DNA of 63,062 nt, counting the filler, from Asterionella formosa (taxonomy: Eukaryota): NCBI GenBank assembly GCA_002256025.1. It is 3 parts of 3 records of this genome, joined end to end, with 100 filler letters (N's around TTAATTAATTAA, not from the genome) between each part and the next. Parts side by side here need not be neighbours in the genome. Positions count along the whole stretch, not along the records: positions 21,064 to 42,015 come from NKIB01003188.1; 2 more parts are not named here. The stretch is one strand, 5' to 3'. Shown piece by piece: positions 25,454 to 37,732 of this stretch (the stretch's first letter is position 1; every line of letters begins with the position of its first letter). The notes below the pieces were generated by a model, which saw nothing but the letters and a program-made list of their open reading frames with translations, made no database searches and was not told where the DNA came from. The position numbers were made by a program, and so were the translations under genes.

Positions 25454-26700
25454 TTATAATTGTTTATTCAATTTGTTCATACATTTTGCAGAACGTTTGC
25501 AAGACACACTGCAACCATGCTTTGCCTTAAAGCATCCACAAGCATTTGTGCATTCTTTCAGACACCTACAACTTCGTTTTGACTTGCTATCTTGAGGATA
25601 ACACAAAGCATGAGCTTGCTGCATACTCATTTTTCTATAATTTTCACAAGCAAAAGTTCCATCAAGTATGGCTTGTCTCTTTTCATTCAAATATGGTGAA
25701 ATGCCTCATTTGGATGGACAATGTATCTTTCTTGAGGGATAAAGTATATCTTCTCATTTCTCCCTTTTCCAGAACATAAAATGCCATGATCAGTTACTGC
25801 TTGTTGTATTCCTCGTCCAAGTTCATTTGTTGATAGGGCAAAGACAATGGCAGGAATTCCATGTGGGTTGCTTACATCTCTGTAGTCCATTTTAAGTGTA
25901 ACTATAGACCCAATAGTCCCTTTTGCCTTGACTGCATATGTCTGCCTTTGATCCTTCTGACATTGTGCTCTAACATATTGTGCATGTTTTTGTCTTGCAT
26001 TTTTCTTTGATTTCATGGGAGTTTCTTTAACTGCTCTTTCCATAGCATGTCTTGCACATCTGTTCTCATTCCCACAATGTAATTTTCTTGCTGCCATTTC
26101 ATTTAGCATCAGTTCACCATCAAAATCCACTTGCTCAGTATTCACATGCTGTGTCATTGAAACAGTATCATGTAGGTCACTTGGTAAGATCAATTTCAGT
26201 ATTGAATTGATTAACCATTTCCTTGAACATTGTTGCAACAAAGGGGCGATAGTTATGTGGAGAAATAGCTGATATGTTTAAAATTTCTGGTTCAAAAATC
26301 GAACCCAGGACAAGGCAAGCAATCGGGCCACAATTGTACCCATCTTTTTGATGTACAATGATTGACTTTGAAATGATCCAGCTATCCTCATCAGTAACCA
26401 GCTCAAATTCTGTTTTACCATTGGAATGGAAAGTTGGCAAAGAGTTACTTCCAATTAGTTTCATCCGTTTCAATACATTAGTGATATGGTGGAACCAGTT
26501 GTTAAGAACTAGATTGAGGCCATCATAAATTGTTATGACATTGGTGGTGTCAAGGTTGCTCTCCATCACTGCAAAGTGATCATTGCCATGAAAGACACTT
26601 ACAGCCCTTTTTACATTGACTTTCAATTTCTTGCACATTTGCGATTCTACTTTTTACATCGGTAACAGGCAATGAACAAATTGAATGGAACCAACATGGT
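25454..26700 (-). pseudogene. Decayed Ginger/KRBA2-like transposon ORF with Ulp1 (C48) protease and C-terminal CXC domain
   Basis: DHFAVME..ITIYDGL (His, Asp) and HQKDGYNCGPIAC (Q..C); IGSIVTLKMDYRD..GIPAIV; terminal CRCLKECTNACGCFKAKHGCSVSC. Three frameshifted ORFs. Confidence 0.6.
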
Positions 26701-26819
26701 TCTTGTGAGCAAGCAATCAGTGCTACAAAACTTGATATAAAATCAGTTTCATATCAGGCATTGGCATTCTCACATTTAGAGTAGTATGCTTCATTGCAAA
26801 CTGTGATTATGCATATCAG

Positions 26820-27900
26820 CAATGCCCCATTCTACTCTCCACCTTTCCTCCCCTGCAGTAAACGCCACTCTTCTCCTTGATCACCATCCGGTTACCTCCA
26901 GCATGGCACAAATCACTCTCACAGCTTACTATCAACCCCGTTATGAATTATTTCAATCCGTTGACTGGAAATCCTCTTCTTGCGCTATCAAACAAATATA
27001 CTATGCTCAATGGTTGGCTCTATTTAAATTAGCAAATGGACAGTGGCCCACCAACCGGTCCCTCTTTCACCATGCTTGGTAAAGTCACCTCATCACTCTG
27101 CCCTTGCTGCCAACAGCTACCCAAACCCATGATCATGTACTTCAATGCTCCTAATCCTACGCTTTCAGGACCACCAAATGGACGACTCTCATGTACCATA
27201 TCAAAGCAAAACTCAAAACCCCTGAAATACTAGCCTTTGCGTTGGAATTTTGGATCCACTCCTGCGAAGCACTGCGAAGCACCAGGTGACCTCTCTCCCC
27301 AGTGGCATTCACTGCCTTCAATTCAGCACAGACACTCATTGGATGGAATCATGCTCTAGATGATAATCTCTCCATCTCATGGGGTGCTACTGTGACCATT
27401 TATCACAACCAACACACTCCTGGCTCCCATTTTAGTCCCGCCCAATGGACCTGCCCTCTCCTCAACAGTCAACGAGTCTATGCTATGGAACAATGGTCAG
27501 AACGAAATTCATTTGTTCATGGGGGTGCTACTCTTCTTGCCACCAAATCCCGCTACACCCACCGCCTCATGGCAGATATCAGCACCTCAGCATACAGATC
27601 CAAGTCAACACAGTTCCCATCGATGAGAGAGGGCACCTATTTGGAATCCCACTTTCTACCCGCCTCCTACAATCCCCCTCCACTATGGAAGCCTGGCTAC
27701 TAGCCATTTACCGTGCTGGTCAACACCGCCTCAAAGCTCTCTTTCACCAAGATCAACGCCGCCAGGGCTCCATCCCTCAATTTCTCACTGCCCATACTGC
27801 ACCTCGCCGCCATGATAAACGTATTTAAATTTCCAGGTCCTACCGGGCGCTTTGCGGGACTGGTGTCAATTTTTGACACGAAATTGTGTTTAAATAGTTG
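26820..27900 (+). mobile_element. 5'-truncated non-LTR retrotransposon fragment (Ambal-like C-terminus), decayed
   Basis: FQSVDW, LCPCCQ..DHVLQC zinc knuckle across a frameshift, QTLIGWNH..LSISW, QWSERNSFVHG, RRQGSIPQFL. C-rich + strand composition differs from the flanks. Confidence 0.6.
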
Positions 27901-29399
27901 AAGTTGAAGGCAACCATATAATGCATCAAGAAACCAATCGTGCTGACTAGTTTCAAAAAAAAATTGTACGAAATATTTTTACACGAAGCGTTTGTAGCAG
28001 CGCACATGCAATCATGATTGCAGCCAGCTATGCGTGCAGTTTTGAACCAATGGTCAAACATAAGGCCATTCAAGTTATCTTACTACTAACACTGCTCACC
28101 CACTTACTACTGTCCCTCTTGCCATATGCAACAATGCCCGTAGTCAATTATTTCCTGTTTTCCAGGCTTGTTGTTAAAGCTAAAACTTATTTTGCTAGTT
28201 TCCCCGATTTTTTTGATGAGCCAATAAAATCCCATAGTACTTTTTGGGACCAGTTCACATTAATCATTCTTTTTTGTAATGCGGGATATTCCAATTTCAT
28301 ATGTAGCAGGATTCAATGTATCCCATGCATGATATCACCAAATTATCATACCTACTACTGAACAAATTAATATTTGTCATTTCAAACCTTTTCATGGGTG
28401 AAAGGTTTTCCCTTGCTGTGGGAGAGTGAAGGATCTTGATCAATTACAGACACACCTGTAGGATTAGGTTTCCATAGATATATCAGAACTCTATCAGGGG
28501 AGAACTCGACTAACACTGGCATATTTGAATACTTTAGTGTCAACCTAGGAGATTGAGCTGCACACAAGAAGTATCAAGTAACAAGCTCATCTTCAACAAA
28601 TACTACTAGCACTTCTAGTTAGATACTTCACCTGGTACCACCAACTTGTGCGGTTCTGCCATCAAAGGAGGGGGTCGTGAAAAGTTAAAATATTCCGACT
28701 ACTATAGAGAAAAATCAAGCAGAAATGAAAAAAGAATCCTTAAATAACCATTGGCCTACATGAAGTTCTGGTAGACGACATATCGGCAAATTTTCCATCC
28801 GTGACGAGAGGACTGCTCCTGTGACCTCGGGTAATTAATATGTACCGGTAGTGTCCACTGCTACCATCCTGCTTAGCTTGCAGCACGTGCGGGTATACAT
28901 ACATACATATTATTTAAGAAAGAAAATTAGAAATCATGCAATTGATATTTGTTGTATACCGGCATATGGCTTCATACATTTAAGTAGCGTGCCATCAGCT
29001 AACCCACCGGGCCGAGCATTTTGTATTTTAAGTACACAATTATAGTGCCATAATCATGCAATCTGTCGTGCCTATATATCTGTCTACATCGATAAATATT
29101 TTGCATATATATATGAATTAGTATCAAACAAGGAGGCAATAAATATTTCATACACATGGAAAACGATTCAACTTGGCTTCGATTCTTTATCGGTAATATC
29201 GATAAATGCCTTCGGGTTCTGTGATGTCTGGATATTGCGATGTATTACCGTATGCCTTATGAATAAATAAATACATATCAATTCGAAATCGGGAACGCTT
29301 CCATCACTAGTAAGCTATTCTGATCTCTTTCAAACCCGGTACATATGAGCAAACTCTGAGCCTCCATTGTATCAGCTCAAAGTTGAATATCAAACAATA

Positions 29400-31343
29400 A
29401 TGTTTAATTTGGGACATGGCTCATTTAAGAAAAGCTCTTATTTCCTCTGCTTTTCCTCCTTGCGTTGCCTTCTTGTTTTTGGTTTTTCGGTTTTGTTTGT
29501 TGGAAGAGGCCGCTGGGAGACTTATCAAACCAAAGCAAGTTTTCACGACGCAGCTACATCTGGAGCCGCAGACATCGCCGTTTCCTCATTAGTTGGTGTT
29601 AATCAGAAAGAAGTTGAAAAAAAGATTGTTGCAACAGTGCGTTCGCTTGAAAAGAATATTTTTATCAAAACAACGAAATTGCCAACATTTAGACCTTCAA
29701 CTCGACTCAAAACAGGGACACCACTGATGGGGACAAAATCAACACGTCCTCCCACCAGACTAGGGATACAGAAGCCATCAGCAAGTTCGTCCATGCCATT
29801 TCCAACAATAACAACAATAATACCCCCTTCCCGCTTTCCGACACAGAAACCAACTACAATGCCTTCTTCCAAATTTCCAACAAGGAAACCATCCATAAGA
29901 CTCCCTTCCCGATATCCAACAAGGAAACCAAATACAGGTCCTCCTTCCAGATTTCCAACAAAGAAACCGTCAACAAGCCTCCCTTCCCGATATCCAACTC
30001 AGAAACCAACTACAAGTCCGCCTTCCCGATATCCAACAAAAAACCCAATAACAAGTCCTCCTTCCCGATTTCCAACACGTAAACCATCCACAAGATCCCC
30101 TTCCCGAGTTCCCACAGTAAAACCTTCCACAAGTTCCCCTTCCCGAATTCCTACAATAAAACCATCCACAAGCTCCCCTTCCCAAATTCCTACAATAAAA
30201 CCATCCACAAGCTCCCCTTCCCAAATTCCAACACAAAAACCATCCACCATTTCTCCTTCCCGAATACCAACACAAAAACCATCCACAGCGTCTCCGGTCA
30301 AAACTGCTGTGATGGTTGGGGCCTACTATTATCCTTGGTACTTCGGGGGAGCCTTTCACGGAGGGAAGGTGCTTCGGTTTTTTCTAGATCCCCAACAACC
30401 TCCTCTGCTGGGAAAGTACAACATGACGGACCCTGCCGTAATTTTGCAACATTTGATGTGGTCGCGAAAAGCTAATATTGGACTCTGGGCTACTTCTTGG
30501 TGGGGACCACGCAGTCGCGAAGATACTACAACCATCAATGTCATTTTGAATCACAGTGATATCGGACAGCACAAGATTGCGCTACTTTATGAAACGAATA
30601 ACAGACTTCGAATCAATGGAACCAACTATTCGACCGCTTGGATTGAAACCGATATAAATCACATGTGCGAAAACTATTTTTCTCATCCCAACTATTACCA
30701 AATTGACGGTCGGCCTGTTGTCTTCATTTATCTCACGCGCTCGTTGAGTGGTATGAAAATTTTGGACTCTGTGTTGAATTTGATGAAAGCAGCAGCGGCA
30801 AAGTATAACTTTGATCCCTATTTCATTGGCGATCAAGTGTGGTCAAACGCACCAAGCGGAACATACGCACCATTTACACAATTGGATGCTGTGACGAGCT
30901 ATGATGTTCGAGGAGGTTTGAGGATGAATGATACCACCAATTATGTCACCCAAACCCGACTCAACAATTACTACTCACAGCAACAAGGATGGAAGATAGC
31001 AGCCAATAGCCAAGGTTGTGCTTACGTACCGCCTACTTCACCTGGATTTAATGATCGAGGCGTCCGCTTAGGTAGTGGCCATGGAGCTGTAAGTCGTCGA
31101 TTGTCACCAGATGCCGACCCTGGCTCATTGTTTCGGGCATCCTTGAAAGCTGCTGTTGCACTGGTGGATAGTAGAACGAACAATTTGATGATGATCAATT
31201 CATTCAATGAATGGCACGAAGACACCCAGATTGAACCGACAATTATAACCAATACGACAATTCTTCCGTTGAACTTGACGCAGGGTGTTGAGTATGAAGG
31301 ATATGGTGAGTTCTACTTGGACATTGTGGCAGCCGAGACATAA
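29400..31343 (+). CDS. GH99-like endo-alpha-mannosidase/mannanase; type II membrane protein with Pro/Thr/Ser stalk (paralog A)
   Basis: VGAYYYPWY, ATSWWGP, IDGRPVVFIY, PGFNDRGVR, INSFNEWHEDTQIEP; N-terminal hydrophobic segment. Confidence 0.85.
   Translation: MFNLGHGSFKKSSYFLCFSSLRCLLVFGFSVLFVGRGRWETYQTKASFHDAATSGAADIAVSSLVGVNQKEVEKKIVATVRSLEKNIFIKTTKLPTFRPSTRLKTGTPLMGTKSTRPPTRLGIQKPSASSSMPFPTITTIIPPSRFPTQKPTTMPSSKFPTRKPSIRLPSRYPTRKPNTGPPSRFPTKKPSTSLPSRYPTQKPTTSPPSRYPTKNPITSPPSRFPTRKPSTRSPSRVPTVKPSTSSPSRIPTIKPSTSSPSQIPTIKPSTSSPSQIPTQKPSTISPSRIPTQKPSTASPVKTAVMVGAYYYPWYFGGAFHGGKVLRFFLDPQQPPLLGKYNMTDPAVILQHLMWSRKANIGLWATSWWGPRSREDTTTINVILNHSDIGQHKIALLYETNNRLRINGTNYSTAWIETDINHMCENYFSHPNYYQIDGRPVVFIYLTRSLSGMKILDSVLNLMKAAAAKYNFDPYFIGDQVWSNAPSGTYAPFTQLDAVTSYDVRGGLRMNDTTNYVTQTRLNNYYSQQQGWKIAANSQGCAYVPPTSPGFNDRGVRLGSGHGAVSRRLSPDADPGSLFRASLKAAVALVDSRTNNLMMINSFNEWHEDTQIEPTIITNTTILPLNLTQGVEYEGYGEFYLDIVAAET
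29826..30293 (+). repeat. 39-bp (13 aa) coding repeat, 12 copies
   Basis: Consensus PSR.PT.KPST.S inside paralog A. Confidence 0.85.
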
Positions 31344-31722
31344 ATGGATGTCAATAGAATTTAAGAAAAATCATGCATTCATTCGCATAAGGCACACAAG
31401 GAAAGATTATGTCTGATCAGTTTTCATCCTAGAACCTAAATTAATCATTCTAATCAGAGACAGCGTACTTCCACAATCAGAAGTTTTGATATCCCACCAT
31501 TTAATTCATCCTACCTCAATCAATATATATGAGACGAACTAAGGGGCAACTATGATACTGATATGAGCTTAGATTAGATAATAGAGGTGCAAATAGCAGG
31601 ACCAAGCCAAAACAATTCAAGTTTCATCATGCTGCGGCCCAAAAGTAGGCGACTTTGTACTACATGATGATCAATGGAGACTCAGGCACACTGATAGAAC
31701 ACATGAGTGAGTAGTAGTGCTT

Positions 31723-33810
31723 CTGCAAATAGAAACCATCTTATTCATTTGATGCATCTTATGATAATGATTTTATGATTGTATAATTTCAATATATTAT
31801 CTAATATGTATAAAAATCATAGTCAAAAATTAAATAGGAACCTTTTTGGCTATGTATACTACTATTGTACTATTATATTTATTGTTTTCATTTTCGTTCC
31901 TGTTATTAAGTTTCCTCGTCGGATCAGGCAAATTATGTGCATGATGAATGAAGTGACACAATTGATCGATTCGATTTGTTTGGGAGGAAAAGGATGATAC
32001 AAGTTGGACAAGACCACAGGTTCTAGAATATTCAATTAGATTGATGAATAATCTTGGTATCATTGAAGCATCTTCCACATTGATAACCCTTGACAATGGA
32101 ATTGAAGGCTACTTGCATACAATATACAATATTTCCTTTGCAAGTCAAAAATCAATAAAGGTAAGCCCCCACCATTCTTTGAACCCAATTCAGATGCCAT
32201 GAACGGCGCTTTCAAAGCAAATCGGAATTAAAAATTTGAATACTCTCTTGGTGCAGAAAAATATGAGTATGATTATTATGTGCTTGAACATCTGATTCCC
32301 ACATTTTATTCAAATTTGGGTTTAGAAATCAATGGGTTGGAGGATGATCTGAGTGACAAAGAATGCCCCGTTCTTCGAAAATCTATTGACAATAACACAC
32401 GTTTACCACAGAACAATCTTTAGAGTCACAATGTTGCTTGCTTTAGTTCTTAAGAAAACTGGATTTAATTATTGTAAAAGCAATACAAACCCTATGGTAG
32501 TACGAATATCATGCTGAAAATTTCGAGATACTAGACCCAAAATTATATCATGCGTCAATTAGAAGAAAAATTGATGTTCTAAATAATGCACCCAACTTTT
32601 TTAAAAGTTTTTGCTTATTCGATAAGTCATTAGGGTATTCCAAGAAGCAGCCTGATGGATTGAATTCGCTCACTATGGATTATTAGAAGCTGTGTTGACT
32701 AGAATTCAATTATCCTCACCCTTCCTTGAACAGGGACCTTGATTTCTCAGAATCTATGACCCCCCACAACCGCAGGTGGCTGGGACAAGCATAGCATCTA
32801 CTGGTCCAGACTAGTAGTCATATTGGTCCATTCTGGATGACGACTCCTGGTGAGCGACTTTCATGCCAACATGATGTCCCTAATTGTGACATAAAACACA
32901 CCTCGAACTTAGTCGGAATCATTGATTTCTGACCTTGTTGCTACAAGAGGAGCTAACACCAAAGGAAAAAAATTCGAGCTTCCGAATACGGTTTCGTAGT
33001 ATTAAATTGAAACGACTGCAAGACAAGGAATATAAGCAAGTCAAGGAAGCCTCGGAAGGCAAGGCAAAGTTTTTAATCCAAGTCTTGTGGGGAAGAGGGC
33101 GGTTGATGGATGGATGATACCAAGTTTACTCGACAGCAAGATGCACACGAAATCGTCAACCTTGATTCAAGTTTGAAACAATTATATAAATGTCTACTCA
33201 CTTCTTGAAAGGAAACAAAGGATGATCAAATTGATTGGCTAGAAAGACTAAGCTTGGAGTTAGTCGCCTTGAGGTCAAGAGGTTAACACCGAAGTTTCCT
33301 CATGCAGAAATTGCTTGCAGAGAGGCAGGGATTTGCATGTGTGTGTGCTGCCTGTGCCAATGGAACATACCGAGCAAGCGAAACCTGTCACTGAAGGCAG
33401 GAGAAATGAAGGAGGCAGGGGAAGTGTTAGCTCATATCTACCAGAGGAACACATTTTCTATTTGAACTCATCAGTACATGATGGATTCTTACCATGTCAT
33501 ACCATCATTGACTCTGGCCAGTTCAATCCAGCACTTTAGCAGCAGTGCTATCAACATGTTCCAGTGACCGTCGAAGACCTTGTAACGAAGATGAAGACCA
33601 ATATGCATTGATTTGCCTTGGACTTCGATTACAAACTTGTAATGAATGCCAATTCATTGAGCGATTGCTGATTGCTATAGTGTGATTGTAAACATTATAT
33701 GAATTCATGTATCAATACTAGATTTAGCTATAAATACTTGAAATATTCAATCTTTTATCAGACAATCATTGATTTCTTCGTGACTGCTTCTGTGTTGCAA
33801 ACAGAACAAG

Positions 33811-33841
<31 letters not shown>

Positions 33842-34585
33842 AACCCCCATTAAAATCGCTGGTACATCATTCTACAAGGAAGCGTAACTACAGGAACAAA
33901 AATGAAAACGATACATATAATTGTACAATACGCGTAGTCCAAAAAAGTTTCTATTTTATTTTTGACTATGATTTTTTACATAATAGGTAATATATTGAAA
34001 TTATACAATCATATGATCATCATCATAAGATGCATCACATAAATAAGATGTTTTCTATTTGTTGACACAGTTTTCTGTCAATGATTTTTCACAAAAATAT
34101 CTTTTTGCATGAACCGTAATGCATCCTGTCTTACATTCAATTTCTAACCTGCAACAAAGCTTTTGATGTATTTTTCATCCTTCAAAAACTTTTGCATATT
34201 TTAGTTTTTTCAATTGGCAAGTTGTGTTCTTTACACTTTATGGCTTGTTTCTTACTCTGTGCTGATATTCCCCTTTGCTTCAGATGTTTACGACACTCTT
34301 GTCCTTTGTGTATTTCTCTTGCTGTGATTCATTGCCCTTCCAGTAAAAAGTTTTTATCCTGTAATTTGGATTGATAGAGCAAGTATTGAATTGGATTTTT
34401 TGGTAGATGGTTCATTTGTGTTGATTGGTGATGTCGTCTTAGCAATGCATGTTATACTTACACAGCATGCACGGTCCAAAAAGGGTTTTTTTCATTTATG
34501 ATGATTCTTATTACATATATAAGATAACATATGATCATCATCATAACAATATGCATGACAAGAATAAGATTTCTTCTATTTGCAG
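31723..34585. mobile_element. Candidate TIR-bounded non-autonomous element with AT-rich inverted ends
   Basis: 31723-31850 is the inverted counterpart of ~33940-34062 and, more loosely, of ~34478-34585. Confidence 0.5.
32820..33480 (+). pseudogene. Decayed IS630/Tc1-mariner-like transposase
   Basis: IGPFWM, EGKAKFLIQVLWGRG and LGV..V..TPKF(P)HAEIA motifs; same family as 2130-2790. Confidence 0.55.
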
Positions 34586-35759
34586 ACTTTATTTAGAACA
34601 TCAATTTTGTCTTTGAATTGACACGTCATATGATTACAGTTCCAGTATTCATCGCGATTTTCTCCATAATCAAAAAAATTGACAAAGAATGGAGAACTGA
34701 TCTGGAAAGGGGTTTCTTTTCTCCGTTCCATGTATATCAATTGCGGCTTCCTCATGCATCAGCATAAGTTTAGCTTAGCTGGTTGTTGTTGACTGTCTTA
34801 AGAATATCATCATCAGTGTGTCGACTCAAGCCATGTTCTCTAGTAGTAATGAATGACCTTCTTATCATTACAATAGCACCCTCCTTCTTTGTTGACAAGG
34901 GAATTTTGCCATGGTAGTGACCTGTCGCATTTGGGTATTATAAAAAATTGCTGCATCCTGTGCAACAATCATAACAGCTTTCTTGCTCTTCATTGTTCTT
35001 TTTCAAAGTACAATTGCCTCCCATCGGAAGGTCTGGTGAGGTCCCGAAGTTGTCATCATGATGTGCATTCTACCATTGGGATTGCATTTTTATCACAATA
35101 ATTAAATGAAAGGTTTCTTGAAAACAAATGCAACTTTGTGAATCTATAAGCTGGATCGTTCTGTAGTAAATTGCATCTCCCTTGTAGCATTCAACTTGGT
35201 TGAAGTATTCAGCAATGAAAAGTTGATGGTAGGCTAAGGTTGTGTCAGCCTTGTTACTCATGCTGACCTTTGACAAAGTAATTTTTTCTTCGATTCTTAT
35301 CTTTAAGACCAACTGCATTCATCCACCTTACAATTATTGGTATGGATATCCTGTTTGATCGAAACATAAAAAAACATCTTTGAAATGTGTGCTACTGTCA
35401 ATTTCTTGATTTTTGACGAGTGCGGCATTCTTTGTGACTCAGATCATCCCTTAACCCATTAATGAAGTCTAAGATAGAAGAGACAATTCCTTTTTTTGGA
35501 AATACAGGAGCAGGCGAACAGCCTCAGCACCAAAGGAAAACTGTGTTCCATTCCTTGTCGCTTTGATGATCAAAAAGCTCGTTCCCATGACGATTCATGA
35601 AATCACATGAAAATCGGTAGAAATTGAGATAATGTGATGATAACATTCACATGGAAACGATTTCCGGACCACCAATTATTACACATGCGAAAAGTTCATA
35701 CCAACAGCACTGCAAGGTCACAAGGAAAGTATGAAGTATGTATCCACGAGGAAGTGGAT

Positions 35760-36100
35760 ACTGGATGAAAAAAGAACCATTGACAACAGAAAAGTCTCCA
35801 ATTTTTGTTTTGTTTGATTACGGGGAAAATCGATAGGGATACCACTGGAACTACTATGCTCCCACGATGATGTAGTTCGAAGATGCTGTTGATGTTCTGC
35901 AGGTGCTCTACCCCACATTCAACTTTGTCTTATATTTGATCACAGGGCTGGTCAATCCAAGAAACAAATTGATGGACTCAATCCGCTTTGAATGGAGCAG
36001 GTTTTTGTGACCATTCCCACATAAACTGAATGTTGGAGACACAGAGAAAAGGCATTTCGAAATGGCGACGTTGGTCCATTCTGGATGTTGCTAACACAAA
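35760..36100 (+). pseudogene. Decayed IS630/Tc1-mariner-like transposase, catalytic region
   Basis: FEDAVDVLQVLYP, FDHRAGQSKKQIDGLN, KLNVGDT, GDVGPFWM. Confidence 0.6.
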
Positions 36101-36689
36101 GGGAAGCAGCACAACATGATATTCAATTAGGGATTACCTCTGCTAATGAATGAAATCATTTGGCCTTGGAATATTGTACACACTCTAGAAATTACTGTTG
36201 AAATCATCACGAAATTCGGGTGCGCCAGTGATCCAAAAATAGAAATTCAATTTATCCTTGAAACCGATTGAACCTAAAAAAATATATCTTTTCATGTCGC
36301 TATTTATGTTTTAGACTACTATGAAAAAAAACGGCGGTGAAGATGGTTGTTTCATAATGTTTGATGATCATAAAAGGTCCTAGTAGGTCTTGTACTTCGC
36401 CCTTAAGTAAAATCAGTTGTGGCTGCTTACATTGAGTGTGGTACCAGGTACAGGACACCAGCCAGGGTTTACGGTGCCATTTAGACTAAAAAAGTCCCAA
36501 CCACTTTCCTGACAAAATAATTTTCGAGCACATGTTTTTCCAAACCAAATGTTTAATGAGTGTAAGTTGTCACTTATTACTCAGACCAGCTATCCAGTTT
36601 AAATGCTCCACTTTAGCCTCCTTCATCAATTCAAGAAGCGAACAGATCATCATTGACCCCCATTTAATCCTTGAATCTTAACCCACAAA

Positions 36690-36850
36690 CAGCCTTTTTC
36701 ATCTTGTTTCCTCTTCCTCTTGCTTCTTTTCTCCATCAATTATTCTTAGCCTCAATAACATTCTGCTTTCACCTTGGTTCCTGAAGTGGGTAGTCAACCC
36801 TCTTCTGATGGAATGGCTAAGTCCATACTCTTCCTTCACTTCCTCATATG
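36690..36850 (-). pseudogene. Tyrosine recombinase remnant (DIRS/Ngaro-like)
   Basis: EEYGLSHSIRRGLTTH..NQG, then after a frameshift VIEA.NN*WRKE (HSxRRG box). Confidence 0.55.
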
Positions 36851-37732
36851 GGTCAATTTAATGAGGGGACAATTCCTGCAGTTGCTCTAAATATTGGTTA
36901 AACCCATTTGCAAAGTACCCAATTTTTGATTAATCCTTCTGTTCCCCTTTATCTTCCCACATCCATGCCTCTTTTTTGTTTCATCCTTCCACCCCCCTTT
37001 GATCATGTGATCCCAAAACCACCTGCAGCTGCTACTACTACTCCCCTTAGTAGTACCCCCAATTTTCAGCCTCCACTCCTGATGAGGTGGGACAGTTTTC
37101 GAAAAAAATCGAAATAAGCGATTTACCAGTGTACATGATACATAATTTTGATGTACGACAATGAAGGAATCATACCGTTTCAATACACGTGTTCATACCC
37201 ATGTATAAAATTGATCCATGTGTTCAATGTATTTATTCATTGCTTACCAGTACTTATAAGAGCATTGTGAATTTTCAAAAGTGGCATCAGCGTGCCCAGT
37301 ATTTTATGCATATATACCTATATAAGCAAGTCAAATATATCCAAGATTGTCAGACAAGGGAAAAACTTATTTCAAATATGTAGATGGATACCGGAAGTTC
37401 TACGAGGTCGGCGCATACACAGTATAAAGTATCTGTATATAAACATATTCAGAAGAAAATGTCCAAAGCTATATGATATATAAAAGTATTCACAGTTTCG
37501 GATATATAAGCCTTTTAAATGGATAGTGAAAACAATGCACATCGATGAACGTGTTGTCACCCCAACAAGAATGCAATAATGTCGATCAAAAGCTGCAAAT
37601 ATCATAGCCGTATGAATAGTTATACAATTATATATCACACAACTGTGCCTGTGACCTTCACCTCTAAGCAAATATTTCTGAGCTTCTTCCATCGCAAAAG
37701 CTCAAGGTTGAATATAAAAAATTGTGCTTATC

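Noticed and set aside
29826..30293. Silaffin-like biosilica peptide
   Set aside because: The repeats are Pro/Thr-rich mucin-like, lack regular KxxK motifs, and are fused to a glycosidase.
29603..30359. Antisense V/G/D/E-rich ORFs (also 37927-38262)
   Set aside because: Shadows of the Pro/Thr repeat on the coding strand.
33699..33887. ORF with a poly-Met run
   Set aside because: Product of a (GAT)n microsatellite in non-coding DNA.
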